Positions 13,700 to 26,810 of a stretch of 64,000 nucleotides of DNA are shown here, piece after piece. Numbering within the stretch: the stretch's first letter is position 1; each line of letters opens with the position of its first letter. The stretch lies in contig NC_045697.1 in assembly GCF_009834535.1 (NCBI RefSeq), positions 52,330,001 to 52,394,000 of the forward strand, written 5' to 3'. The position numbers were made by a program, and so were the translations under genes. Origin of the DNA: Camelus ferus. Its lineage: Eukaryota. The notes beneath the pieces are model-generated. The model was given only the letters and a program-made list of their open reading frames with translations. It had not been told where the DNA came from and did no database searches.

Positions 13700-14205
13700 C
13701 TGTGGATGTGTAGGCCATTCACGATTTGGCCTCTGTTCACATCTGCAGTCTCATCTTAGACCTCTCCCCTGCCTGGATCCTATGTCACATCCATTTTCAA
13801 CCACATGCAATTCCCTGAATGTGTCTTAGTCACTAATGCCTTTTGTGTCTTTGCCCATATAGCACCCCCTACCTGGAATAACCTCTACTCTTCCTTCTTT
13901 TTCCCTTGGCTCCATCCTACTCTTCCTTAAGACTTAAATCAGCCTTCATTTTTTTTTTCTGGTAGTTTTTCCTTCCTTGGTCCAGGTGAGATAGGTGAGT
14001 CTCAGGTAGGTGAGGTCTCCTTTATGTTTCCCTGTCTGTCACTTCACACATTCCTCTAATACAGCACTCATCACACTGGTTTAAAGTTGTAGATGTATTT
14101 ATCTGTCTTTGACATTAGACTATAGGTAACAGGAAGAACTGGACTGTATCCTGAATACCTAAGCAGAGTGCATGCTGTGTGGTCAGTGCACAGTTAATGT
14201 TCATT
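13700..14205 (+). mobile_element. L2 LINE remnant
   Basis: Pyrimidine-rich L2-type motifs: CCTACCTGGAAT, TAGACTATAGGT, CCTAAGCAGAGTGC. Confidence 0.55.
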
Positions 14206-14889
14206 AAAAAGTAAATGACAAATAGTACGTGTACAGTCTTCTGAATGGCAACTACAAACTCTCAATTAGCTATATAAAAATTAAAACTTGATTTGTTAAT
14301 TGGTAGAAATGTGACCCATTTGGGGGACAAGTGGGGAGGTGGACAGTATCTGGAAATGCCACACAGTTTCCAGACCTACTTAGACTAAATCACTCAAGAC
14401 CATAGTAGAGGTACCAACAAGGTAACTGATGGGCAGGATCCCCAAATCTTGTCACCAAGGAAACTGCAATAACCTAAGTATGTGTAAACTGGCCAGATCA
14501 ACAAGTCAAAAGAATAGTGGTTGCAGAAAAAAATCATTCCTGCTACCCTGAGCTGTCTCCATGCTTTCTTAAACTATTTCAAGTAAAATGAGTTTGAGCT
14601 AGATATCCTAGAGACTAGCAAAAAAGGGGCTGCATGATACCAAAGAGGGTGGAGGAGGATTTTAGAAAGTATATACAAAGGTAGCCGCAAAACCACTGGA
14701 ATAAATAAAAGTTCTGGAACAAAATAATCATAATTATAGACACATAATTACTCGGCGCCTCTTGACATTACTGTCATCAAAAAGTCTTCCTTTCCCTCAG
14801 CCATGCTAAGCCTGCTTGATGCTCTTTACAAAGAAGGGGAAATCAGCAGTAGGACCTGACAGCCTTGCCTGGTTTGCCTCTGCACAGTC

Positions 14890-15358
14890 CCCTCACCAGA
14901 CTCAACTCTGACTCTCTCTCCTAGCAGCCACACTGGGTTACTTCAGTCATTCATTCTTGCCAGGTTACCTCCTCTTATAAAGCCGGTCATACACAGGGAT
15001 TCCGGTGCCCTCCTCGAGCACCCTACCCACCTAGCCTCACTCAGCTAAGTCCCACTAAGGTGTGAGGTCTCAGTGTAAGTGACACCACCACAAAACTCCC
15101 AGCACCTCCTGGACTAGGTCAAACTCTCTCTTATAGGCTCTTAAAGCCCCTTCACCTCTCTTTCACAGCACCAGACACATGTGCCATGTCACATTCTGCA
15201 TGATCCTCTGAATGATGCCTCTTTCCCTCAGGGACCAGAAGCTCTGTGAGGACAGGGACCATGTGTATTTCTGTTCACCACTGACACTCCAGCACATGGC
15301 ACAGTGCCCCCCACAGAGTGGACACTAGATAAACATTCGTTGGATAAATGAATGAATG
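14890..15358 (+). mobile_element. L2 LINE 3' end
   Basis: AGAAGCTCTGTGAGGACAGGGACCATGTG...GGCACAGTGCC...GGATAAATGAATGAATG, typical L2 terminus. Confidence 0.75.
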
Positions 15359-15359
15359 T

Positions 15360-16020
15360 TAATTCATCTGTTCAATGGCACCATGCTAGATCCTAGAAGT
15401 AACACTATAGGTAATACACATTCCTTGCCTTCCAGTGGTTTATAGCATAGCAGCATAAAGCTGGACAAGTCAACAGACATTCTCAATACAACAGAGTTAC
15501 AGGTCTACAGTAGGGGTGAGCTCCTGCCATGGCTGCACGCAGGAAGGGTACTCACCTCAGCCCAGAGTCAGGGATGGTTTGCATATACAGGGTGGTATTT
15601 ACTGAGTCCTGAAACATGAGCCATAACCAGCTGGGAGACAAGAAGCAGGGAAGCAGGGACAAAACACAGGCAAAGAGCTGCCATTTTGAGGAAATTAACT
15701 AGAGTTGCTGCATAGGAGGAGATGAGAAAGGTAGGAAATAAGGCTAAAGAAGTTAAGAACTTGGCTGTTTGGCCAAAGGCTTTGGAATTTTTTTAATCAT
15801 AAGAGCAATGGGAAGGCACTGAAGAGTTTGAAGCAGGCCAGTGAGATGATCAGATTTCTGTTTAGAAGGATGGAAGGGTTGGAAGTGAACAAGACTGGAG
15901 GCAGCAATGACACACAGGACAATGCAGCCATCATCCAGGCTGGAGATGATGTACTTTAAACTGAAGTAACAGCACTGGGAAAGGCAAAGGGCAGATGGGA
16001 GAGATGTTAAGGAGCTGAGA
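15360..16020 (-). mobile_element. L2 LINE remnant, tail-to-tail with the previous copy
   Basis: GGCACCATGCTAG...CCTTGCCTTCCAG...GCAATGGGAAGGCACTGAAGAGTTTGAAGCAGG, reverse L2 motifs. Confidence 0.65.
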
Positions 16021-16153
16021 CTGAAGAGGGAAAAGCAATGAATTTATTTTCCCAGATTTCCGTGTTCAAGGCTTGCAATGTGTCATACAGTGTCCTACAC
16101 ACAGTAAACTCGGGAGATATATTTGTTGAACAGAATGGTTAAGCTATGCTCAA

Positions 16154-16244
16154 GGTGGGGTGGGTATAGCTCAGGGGTACAGTACATGCTTAGCACGCAC
16201 GAAGTCCTGGGTTCAATCCCCAGAGCCTCCTCCAAAAAAAAAAA
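16154..16244 (+). mobile_element. tRNA-Ala(AGC)-derived SINE (Vic-1-like, short form)
   Basis: GGGTATAGCTCAG...TGCTTAGCACGCACGAAGTCCTGGGTTCAATCCCCAG plus A tail; A-box and B-box present; partial TSD AAGCTATGC / AAACTATGC. Confidence 0.85.
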
Positions 16245-16959
16245 CTATGCAACTAACTAGTGCCATAAAGACCCCAGAACTCGAATGGCTGTGTTAAAGA
16301 AGTCATTCCTGCAAAACAAATCTATACATATGAATATAAGCCACTTATGAGATATCTCTTTTAGCTAAAAGTATCTGAATAAGTAGATCTGAATGGAATG
16401 AAAATAATATTCAGATAGTTGGCACTTTCTAATGGAAATAATAATCTAAGAAATACAAAGAAACAGCATTTTTCTGTAATATCATGTGAAACCTTTTGTT
16501 CCTTACCCCTTCTCCCTACTGCCGCTGCCTTTTTCAGATTCCTCTCATCATCTCCTGGATCATACACAGGCCACCTGACCGCTCCTTCCACCTGCCTCCT
16601 TTCTTGCAGCTCCCCCATCCATCCTTACTGCTGCCAGAGGAAATGCCTAAAGCGGGGCTCTGAAGCCATCCATCCAGACTGGAATGTCAAGGGATCAGGG
16701 GAGGCCAGTGAGAGAGTAGGAGGCCAGGCAGAACAGAGCAGGTCCTGACGAGCCCAGCTTCCCACGCTGAGGCTCACGCATCTGAGTCTCTGATGGGGGC
16801 CCTGAAGGATTCCAGAAACGGTACCATTCCCTAAACATGCCTTGCACGTTATGCGCCACTCTTCAAACCTGTACTCTGTTTTCCCATCTTGCCGTTTGTT
16901 TAAATCCATCCTGTCCCTTCAAGGTCCAGCTCGAGCTCCCCTGCTTCCTCCATATCCAC

Positions 16960-17545
16960 CCAGCAACTCTCCGCCCTCAAGGCCACTGTAGCCACAGAAG
17001 CCCCTGCTTCAATCTTGTCCCTGACATCCCATTCTCCAGACTTTTAAAAAGAGCAATCTTGTTAAAATCTCAATCATTACATGGCACTTCCCGGATCAAA
17101 ACTCTCCAGTGGCTTCTCATTTCACTTAGAATAAAACCTAAGCACTGTAAAATCATCCATAAAGTTCTACACTAGTGTTTCTTCCCAGAACTATTCCCCC
17201 CACCCTCCCGGGGACAAGTGGTGATGTCTGGAGACATTTTCGGTCGTCACAACTTTGGGGGGAGAGGGTGAGACTGGCATCTAGCAGATAGAGGCCAGAG
17301 ATGCTGCTAAACAGACTACAATACTCAGGACAGTCACGACCAACAAAGACTGATTCAAAATGTCAATAATGCGGAGAGGCTGAGAGCCTTTGTCCTACAG
17401 TGATGTGGCCCCACTCTCACTGACCTTATCTTGAATCCACTAATTCCCCTAAATTCCAGTCACACTGACCTCTTAGCTGTTCCTCAAAACACCAAGCTCC
17501 TGCCAACCTCGGGGTCTTTGCATTTGCTCATATCTTTGCTTGGAA
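16960..17545 (+). mobile_element. L2 LINE remnant interrupted by MER20
   Basis: CCAGTGGCTTCTCATTTCACTTAGAATAAAACC before, and CCAGTCACACTGACCTC...GGGTCTTTGCATTTGCT after, the MER20. Confidence 0.65.
17173..17392 (+). mobile_element. MER20 hAT-Charlie non-autonomous DNA transposon
   Basis: ATGTCTGGAGACATTTTCGGTCGTCACAACT...CTGGCATCTAG...GAGGCCAGAGATGCTGCTAAACA matches recalled MER20; 8-bp TSD-like TTCTACAC / TCCTACAG. Confidence 0.85.
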
Positions 17546-17620
17546 AACTATTTTTGAATAAACATTCATTGAACACCTATTCTATGCTAGGCCTTGTGTT
17601 AGATAAAACAGTGAGTAAGA

Positions 17621-18096
17621 CAATGGAATACTACTCAGCCATAAAAAAGAATGAGATAATGCCATTTGCAGCAATGTGGATGGACCTAGAGAACATCATA
17701 CTAAGTGAAGTAAGTCAGACAGAGAAAGACAAATATCACAGTGATATCACTTATCTGTGGAATCTAAAAAAAATGAGACAAGTGAACTTATTTACAAAAC
17801 AGAAACAGACTTACAGACAAAGAAGACTAATTTATGGTTACCAAAGGGGAAAGGTGGGGGAGGGATAAATTAGGAGTCTGGGATTAGTAGATACAAACTA
17901 CTATATATAAAATAGATTAAAAAAACACAGTCCTACTGTATAGCACAGGGAACTATATTCAATCCATTGTAATAACCTATAATAACAAATAATATGAAAA
18001 AGAATATATATGTGTGTAACTGAATCACTATGCTGTACACCAGAAACTAATACAACATTTTAAATCAACTATACTTCAATAAAAAATTTAAAAAAA
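17621..18096 (+). mobile_element. L1 3' end (ORF2 C-terminus plus 3' UTR and A tail)
   Basis: Translates MEYYSAIKKNEIMPFAAMWMDLENIILSEVSQ (ORF2 C-terminus); ends AATCAACTATACTTCAATAAAAAA; TAAGACA repeated on both sides. Confidence 0.92.
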
Positions 18097-21000
18097 TAAG
18101 ACAGAATACCTGCCCTCGTAACAGATTATTAGTTGAAGCCAGATATGGAAGCAAATACCTTATTGTATGTGTAAGACACAAGGCACACAGAAGACAAGAC
18201 AAGGTCAGTTCCAACCTGGTGGTGGATGTGAGTGATGAACAGGGAAAAGGCACTAAGCTACCTCAGGGCACAGACCGTAATGTAGAACAATTTTTATCTT
18301 CAACATCTAACGCAAGCGTTCCATACATAGCAAGGACTCAATAGATGTCCAGAAGGTTAAGTACGTCCTTTAAAGTTTATAAAAGTCCTTGTCTCCATGA
18401 ATATAAATCCAAGGGATGTTCTACTTTCTGAAGCTGGAGATTATTTTAAGAACAAGGATAGGAAGTGAAACTTAACTTTCTTCTGATATTGTATATAATC
18501 TGCTAATACAGAATGCAAGTCAGTTAGGAATAAAATACACAGAAATCAAAACCCACGATAGAGACTAGCCTAACCGCCTGAAGTTTACCTCTGGCAAATG
18601 AATGGGAAGAAAGGGGTCAGGAGCAGTGCATACATGTGCACAGACATAGAATAAACATTCATGCTAGGAGCTCCCCCGAGTGATTCAGACAAGTTGGCTC
18701 ATGGGGATGCTGAGAACCATGGCATAGTTCCTTCCACCAAGGGAAGCGACACAGATTTGTACACAGATTATAATGTACTCTAAACAGAGATTCAAAGAGG
18801 TCTGAAAAGACACCCAAGAGGACAGAGTGTTTAACTGTGCCTAGTGTGAACCCACAAGAACTTCCTGCAGTGATGACATCTAAACAGGGATTTGAATAAT
18901 GTAAGCACTCACTCTGAGAACTGGAGATGGCTGGCATGCTCTGCGGTCTTCAAGCATCTCACATGGCACAGCAACTCTGAGAACCACGTGGCCCAAGATA
19001 ACAGAATTCTTCAGTATGCATTTACTAAGTCTGCCTATGGAAATCACTGTGATGGGCCACACGGGAGCTGGAAAGAGGACTAAAACAGGGTCCTTTTCTT
19101 CAAAACGTTTTGGCCCAGAAAGATAGGTAATTACACAAAAAACTACTGTGCAAGTCATTATGTGACCAATGCCACAGAGTAATACAAACGTAATCAGGGC
19201 AAAAACAAGAGCAATAGAAATCACATTATGAGTGAAGGCTACACTGACAAGTGTCTCTATCTGGAGGATCTTAAAGGATGGAGAAGATTTTGATAAGTGG
19301 TAATCACTGAGGCATGGAGAGGAGAGTTGGAATTCATTTGACCAGGGCATTGTACAGTATGTGAAAAGAATCATTTTAAATTTAGGGTGACATTATATCA
19401 CAAAGAGGCTTAAATCTCAAGCCAGGGCAAATGGACATTCTTTAAGGAGAAAAGGTTTAGAGGGTCTTTATATCTTTTAGAAAAAATACAAAGGTTTAGA
19501 AATATGGGAATGACATGTTAAGAACCATGCTTTAAAAAAATGTTTAGAACAAAGCAAGAGAGACTGGTTGTCAACTCATGGTTAAACCATTAGAACAGTC
19601 TAGACATGAAATGAAAGGACTGGATCTAAGGTCTGATAGCAGGAAAAGAAAGGCAAAGTTAAAACAGGGCATATTTTGGAGTTACCCAAGAAAACACATG
19701 CAAATTGAGGGCTCTGCCATAGAGTGTATCAGAGAAAATTTATTGCTACAACTGCCTAATATCTATTTCTAGATACCTATTCTAAGCTACTTCTCCCTCC
19801 CACACCCTATCTGTAACACTTAAAATCACTTTCCTTGTGAGAAGCATCCCCTGCTTTGCAGTCTGAAGCTCAGACTCTCTTCCTGCCTCCGCAATGACTC
19901 AGGGAAAGACCTTGGGGAAGTCATGACCTTGCTGAACCTGGTTTGCTTTTGAGTGCTCTGCAGGGATAATGTGGGACATAACTAACCAAAATGATGGCCA
20001 AAAAAAGCCAAGTGCCTTGGCGTTCCTCATCAGCATAGAGCTATTCTGCAGAGTGGAAAGGTGGATCCCATCCCAAACAGAGCAGTCAGCCAGTCAGGGC
20101 CACCTGACACGGAGCCAGAGCAAATGCCACCCAAAAACATGCTTCTTTTAATATCACAATGCCTCTATCTCTCTCACTGTTTCAGGTTTCTTTTTTGAAT
20201 CAATTTTATAGCAGTCAGAGCCCTTTATAATTTTAGACAGCGTATCCAATTTTCACATTCCACAGCCTCCTTTTATAACAAAGTTTGAACAAAACAATAT
20301 TCAGAGTGAAAAGCCTTTGATTCGTGATGATATCTGAACTGGTATCTTTAGATTTGTGTCAAAACACTGGCATTTATTCTATAACTATTGTCATTCAAAG
20401 GAATGATTTCAAATAAGCAATTCCAAAAGTGATGAAAGCATTTTTTACATACTCAACTCTTGTTTTAAGAGGTAAATCCTAATATGCCTTGATTTTCCAA
20501 TGTTTTCTACATTGGAAAAGAAGAATAAAATCTCAATATTTTATCAATCCCAAATTTGCTAAATTCAAAATTCTGAATTTTATTAGTAAGAAAACTTAAT
20601 GAGCAAAAAAGAAGAGGCATTTACTTTCAAGGACACAAAGCAACTCTGACCAACTACATAACAAAAGTAAGAATATGTTTCCAAATTGTTCAGAATAAAA
20701 TATATTAGTCAACATCTATTTCTAGCCTTTCAAACTAAATCAACTCAGAAATGCTTCCTAGTATAGAAAATCTAAAAATGCTCAAAAAAAATACAGAAAA
20801 TATCTCATAGAAATCATGGCTTATCTGCCAGAAAGTAAGAGAAATAATTGGAAGCAAAAAATAATGGCAACAAGAAAGAGTAAATCTACAATATCAGTAA
20901 ACCCTGGAGCCTGGGCCTGGAAGACTATGGTATCCTTGGGGTCTAAGGCATGGATTAGAATGACCATGTGAATTCTAAAGGCAGAAGACCAATCCTAGGG

Positions 21001-21404
21001 ATATGGGATAAAGGGTACAGATGGGAGACACCTTCTGAAAAAAAATTGGATCCTCTAAATGCTGAGGATGTGACTCAGTTGGTCACTTAGGAAAAAGATC
21101 CACCCTATGGAGAAAGATAGTGGGGATACATGCCACTCTTGGTCTTGCCACTAGATGTAATGCCATTAAAAAAAAAATTGAATCTCCAAAGACATGCCTA
21201 ACCATATACCTACAACTGAGTTTGGAGCTGGAATTCATATTACCTCTGCAATCTGAAAAACCTTAAGCCAAAAATGTAGTGTGAAGTGGTCCTAGACGTC
21301 TATGAATTAGTCTTGCCTTCAAAAAATATATAGATAGATATAAAACATCAAAACTAGGGAAGAAATCAACACGATCTAGACTACTGCAAATTTTTCAGTA
21401 CAAA

Positions 21405-22025
21405 TGTGGCAGATTTTACTTTCCAAAGATGGCTGGAAAAATATCTCCTGTCCCAATATTTTTCTACAATGTGAAACTGTCATTCCTCCATCAAACAGTG
21501 GAGTCCTTCCTCCCCTCCTTGAATGAAGGATGGCCTTGTGTCTGTTTTCAACAATTGACTCTGGCAAAGTAAAGAAGCTGTGCCAGTTGCAGGTGTAACC
21601 ATGAAGTGGTCTAGCATTTTTCATGTCTTAATTCATGGCAGTCAGCTGCTGTAAAGCAAGTACAAATAACCCAGCTGTCATGCTGCAAGAAGCCTAAGCC
21701 ACATGGAAAGATCCTGGAGGATGAAATGCCATGTGGTGAGAGAGAGAGAGTGACAGGTAGGCAGGCAGACACTCACAGCAAAGAATATCAAGATACGAGA
21801 CAAGTGAGTGAGTGAAGAAGCCTTGGATGTCCTTGGACAATCAGCCTGGTCAACCCTTCAGAGGACATTGGTCCCAGCCACTGTCTAACTGTAGGAGAAA
21901 CCTCAAGAAGTATCCATCTGAGCCCTGTCAACCCAAAGAAACAGGAGCAATAATAATAAATTGTTGTCTGAATTTGCTAAGTTGTCAGGTGGCCTGTTAT
22001 ACAGTAAAACATAAACAGAAGAACA
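21405..22025 (+). mobile_element. MaLR solo LTR (MLT1G/H-like)
   Basis: Starts TGTGGCAGATTTTACTTTCCAAAGATGGC; ends AATAAATTGTTG...TGTTATACAG...GAACA (TG...CA). Confidence 0.7.
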
Positions 22026-22029
22026 AGCT

Positions 22030-22500
22030 GGTAGTCTTCAACAGATAAATTACAAGGAGAAACAAACTGATGGCGAGGAGAATCTACAGACTAAAAGTTT
22101 ATGAAAGATTTAAGATACTGTTTGAACTGTATTTGGATCCTGATTTAAACAAATATTTTTAAGTTTATTATATTCACGGCATATTCATAAATTTGAATAT
22201 TGACTGGATACTTGATGATATTAAGGAATTTTGTTAACTTCTTTTAGACCGGTAACAGTATTATGGTCATGCTTTTCAAAAGAGATCTTATGTTTAGAAA
22301 TACATACTCCAAAATTTATGGATGCTATGGAATGTTGTATGCACTGACTTCAAAGTATTATAGGAAGGGGATAAGATAATGGAGATTTAAATGATTCAAG
22401 ATTGGACTGGAGTGATTAATTGTTAGAGCTGGGTGATAAATACTGGAGTTATACTCTACTGTCTACTTGTATATGTGTTAAAACTTTCCATAATCAAAAA
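22030..22500 (+). mobile_element. Ancient L1 (L1MC-type) 3' end
   Basis: TTTGGATCCTGATTTAAACAAA...TTGAATATTGACTGGATACTTGATGATATTAAGGAATT...TTTCCATAAT. Confidence 0.65.
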
Positions 22501-22559
22501 TATTTCATAAGAATAAATAAAATAAGGTTTTGAAGCATTTCATAGGAAGATTATTAGCT

Positions 22560-25055
22560 CACAATTAAAAAACAAAAGCACTAAATACATGAGGAAGAAA
22601 GACACTTGGAGAAAGAGTAAGCCAAAAAAAAAAAAAAACAAAGTTCAGAATCAAACCTGCAAAGACAGCAAATATATATACAAAAAAAGTATATGAAAGT
22701 GTAATAAAGAAGTTAGAGACTATCAAAACTGAACAGGAAGATCTGGAAAAGAACAAAACAGAACTTCTAAATATAAAAAAGATAACTCTGGAAAAGAAAA
22801 ATTCAATGGAATGGTTTGATATGAGAATAAAACCAACAGTAGTAGAAAAAGAGATCTGAAGATATTACCCAAAATACAACACGGAGACTGAGAGATAGGA
22901 AATGTATAAACCACAGAAAACAAAACAAAACAGGCTAGTAGAAACAGACCACAAGATAAGGATGTACAATAAAATTTTACTTGGAATTCTAGGAGGATGT
23001 ATTAGAAATTGAAAAAGTCAAGGACTTAAAAAATTCCATAATTGATGAAAGATAGGAAGATACAGGAAGCCCAGTAATCCAATAAGTCAAATAAAGAAAT
23101 TTATGCTTTCACAAGTTATAGTAGAACTCCAGAATAAAGACAAAAAAGAAGACGATACAGCATTCAAAAAAAAAAAAAAAGAGAGAGAGAGAGAGAGAGA
23201 TGATCACTTACAAAAGAATGAGAATTATCCTGAGAGTTCACTTTTATGGAAGTCAAAAATAATGGTAATAGCTTCTAAGTGCTGGCAAAAAATAGCTTTC
23301 AACCTAAAATTATATAACCAGAGAAATTACCTTTCAAGAATGAGGGTGAGAGAAATGTTTTCAGGCAAATATAAAAGAGAGAGTTTATCTCCCAAAGACC
23401 CTCACAGGAAGAAATTTCAGAAGTCTAATAAATAAGTACTGTTTAAGGGAAATAATTCAGTCTAAAGGAAAATAGTCCAAAAATGAAGGTCTGAAATGTA
23501 TTTAAAAAAAAGAAAAAGAAAAAGAAAAGAAAAAAAAGAAAATGTAAACTTGTATGTAATCCTAAAAATAATGACCATATCTAATTAATTGGATTTTAAA
23601 ATCCAGACAGCAATAAAACCTGGGTAATAACAGCATATGATCTGGGAAGGAATACTAAACTTAAAGCATTCTTTAGCCCTTAGGATTATTCAGAAGGATA
23701 AAAATACTCACAAACTTTAAAATTCATAAATGCATATTAAAATATGCAACATAATCACTAAGAGATAAAGTGCATAACTTCCAAACTAACAGAAAAAAAT
23801 AAGAAAACAGAAAATAAGAAAAATAAAACTGCATCAACCTAAAAGAGGGCAATAAAAGAGAATAAAAAAAGAAAGAACACAGGGAAAGTTACACAAATAG
23901 AAGGCCAAAAAACGTGGTAAAAATTAATTCAGATCTATCAGTCATCACCATCAATTTAAATGCATTAAATACCGTGGTTAAAAGCAAAGATTGTAAAAAT
24001 GGATTTTTAGAAAAGTTCAACCATGTGTTATTTACAAAGAGACACAAGACACAAGGTATACTGAAAATAACAGAATGAAAAACTATATACCAGGCAAATG
24101 AAAACTACAAGTTACCACAGCTTTATTAATATAAAATAAAATAAACTTTAAGGTAAAAAGCTTGACTAGGAACAAAGAGAGTCACAAAAAAAAGTCCAAT
24201 TCACTAAAAAGATAAACTAAATATAAATGTAGAAGTACTTAAAAGTACTTGGGTTCAAAACAAAGCAAATTCTAACAAAAAACCAAAGACACAGTATAGA
24301 AAATCAATATAGTAAAAAAATTGCCTCTTAAAATAAAAGATAATAAAACAGCAAACCACAGGCTTGATTGATCAAGAAAAATAAGAAGCACAAATCAATA
24401 ATTTTAGGAATTTAAAGGGAAAAACAACAGATTCAGATTACATTCATTATAAATGATAGTATTATAACCATGTCAACAAATTTTAAAATGTAACAGAAAT
24501 GAAAAAACCTAGAAAAAGTATGTCACTACAACTGAAAAACAGAAATTCTGAATTTTTTTATAACCATTAAAACATTCTGATCACCATTTTACAAGTTCCA
24601 CACAGGAACCACCTGGCCCAGATAGTTTTACAACATATCTAATCATTTAAAGAAAAGCTATTTGACATGTTATACATAATAAAGAGAATATTCTACTCCA
24701 GAGAATGGGAGTGGAACATGTGCAGAAATACTCTCCAGCTCATTTCACAAGGAGAGCATATTTCTAATACCACAATCAGACAGGGACACTATAAGAAAGG
24801 AAAATTGCAGGGCAATGTCACTCTTAAACTAAGAGGCAAAAGTCCAATATATATATTAGCAGTATGTGTTATTGTACTATATATTATAATATATATATTA
24901 GCAAACAAAATCCAACAATGTATAAAAAAGAAATTATATTCTACCAGGTTGCAAGGTTGGTTCAACAATAAAAAAATCTATTAATACAGCTCAACAAATC
25001 AACAGGTTAAAGAAGAAAACCCAAATTTTTATCTCAATTTCAGAAAAAGCATTTG
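22560..25055 (+). mobile_element. Highly decayed ancient L1 (ORF1 and ORF2 remnants)
   Basis: 2.5 kb of strongly A-rich + strand with ORF2 vestiges (CCTGGCCCAGATAGTTTTAC; GCAAGGTTGGTTCAACA = QGWFN; CAGAAAAAGCATTT = EKAF); contains (GA)n at ~23180 and (AAAAG)n at ~23510. Confidence 0.7.
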
Positions 25056-25344
25056 TTGTTGGGTTAAGGACAGTTACCACATTAAAATCAGTGTAGTTAC
25101 CATATTAAAATCACCACGAAGGAAGTATGATTTGAAATGACTTTTTCAGGTTTACAGGAGGTTCTCCAAAAGTATTATATTGTAAAGATGTGTCCGCCCA
25201 GGGTGATCTACGACACGGAAGTCTTAAAGAACATTAGGTATAATGGAACTCCTAACCAAACTGTGTTGGCTTTGAATCAGTATTTCCAAGTGCTACAAAG
25301 AAAGTAGATGGCGATGATAATCATTGTTAGGAACATTTACCTAC

Positions 25345-25506
25345 CTTGAGTTTATGTTCTTTCCTGTTTACAATCACAGCTGTGATTTGCTGGTCCATGA
25401 AAATCAGAATGGTGACCAACAAAGCAGGGATAGCAGCTGCAAGGTACACCCACCAGGGGTTTCCTCCAAATGGTGGAACAAACCATCCTCGATTTGGACT
25501 TGTTGG
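25345..25506 (-). CDS. SLC4A4: SLC4A4 162-nt coding exon: [54 protein letters not shown]
   Basis: Found by hand. Acceptor TTCAAG, donor AAG|GTAGGT; TM8 with the MDQQIT motif. Confidence 0.96.
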
Positions 25507-26696
25507 CTTGAAGAGGAGAGAAAACGTTTTTCAAAACAATATTAATACACACTACTTGGTGAAAAATCTTTTATACTTGGAGAGCCAACATATTAAAAAA
25601 TAGAAAGTTTTACTGATAGGTTGGACAAAGAAAGTTATTCACCAAAAATTTCCTTAAAGAGGTTATTTTTAAGGCAATGTTTTAAATGAAGGAGATGAAG
25701 AATACAGGCTGATGAAAAGAAGTAAATGCCATTCTACCCTTTAGGGTGATCTAAGATAAGGACTCAAGATGGAAGAAAGTAATTGAAGTTAAAGGGGTAA
25801 CCACAAGAAAAACCCAAATGTAATATTCAGTAATGAGGCAGGCAAGGAATTACAAAACCACCATGAATTTTTAACTAATAATTGAATAAAAGAGAACCTA
25901 TCTTTGCTAATAAATATGTCATGGCAGAGAAAATGCAAAATATATTTCGTTTGCTATAACATAGACATCCCTTTCTCATTTGGTAGTTATTGAGCTAAAA
26001 CAGCAGTCAGTTTAATTTTCCTTGGCAAGTATCAGTGATAGAGGGGTTAGGAGTGTTCTAGAAAATAAATGAAAGACTTTTAACAGTGGAAAATTAGGTA
26101 GGGATATTTAAGAACGACTGAGATGTAAATTTTACCCATTAGACCTGCAAAGATCAACAGGTTTATAAAATAAATATTTCCTATACCTTCTTTGTAATAA
26201 TGAAAATGCACTTTATATATTTACATGTGTGTATACAGCAGGTAGTCTCGTAGCAGGACGAGGCACCAAACTGGTAATGTAAACTTGGATATCTTACTTA
26301 ATTTTTATAAACTTTAATCTCAACTCCATAAAATCAGAATAATACTAGTTTCACTGTATCCTAGAATTATTATATAGATTAAGATTATAAATTGTTTGAA
26401 AACCTTTGGATATTTTCCATTATTCTAAAAATACAAAGCAGAGTTTATAATGGTACTACAAGTTATTTTTAAATGAAAATCAATACAGTTTGAGACTTGT
26501 ATTTGATCCTAGTCAGGCATTTAATTTTAGAGAAGAAGTAGAAAATATGGATATACACATATAGCAAGAGACCATTTAAAAAATAAAGACATGGATAATT
26601 GTACAAAACTCGGGAGAGATACAACTAGCTAGAACAGGGGAAAGGAAAGAAAACCAAAGAGTTCCAGGAATGACCAAAAGACAGAAGTTCACCTAC

Positions 26697-26810
26697 CTTG
26701 AACTCACTTGGCACAATTAGCTTTGGAGTATCCACACCTACCAGGGCATCTATTACACAGAAGATGAGAATGGACAAGATAATGGCAAAGTCACTGATCA
26801 GTTTTCTTGC
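26697..26810 (-). CDS. SLC4A4: SLC4A4 114-nt coding exon: [38 protein letters not shown]
   Basis: Inside ORF 26625..26825; acceptor TTCCAG, donor AAG|GTAGGT; SDFA and TPKL motifs typical of SLC4. Confidence 0.97.

Noticed and set aside
13980..14016. Cluster of AGGTGAG donor-like motifs
   Set aside because: On the strand opposite the gene and inside an L2 remnant; looks like local slippage.
18880..19374. 164-aa hydrophobic - strand ORF as a cryptic membrane protein
   Set aside because: Hydrophobicity is explained by T-rich intronic composition; no SLC4 or other family motif recognised.
25444..25446. Tyr at the human C737 equivalent (WWVYL)
   Set aside because: I recall Tyr in other mammalian orthologs, so it is probably ordinary variation.
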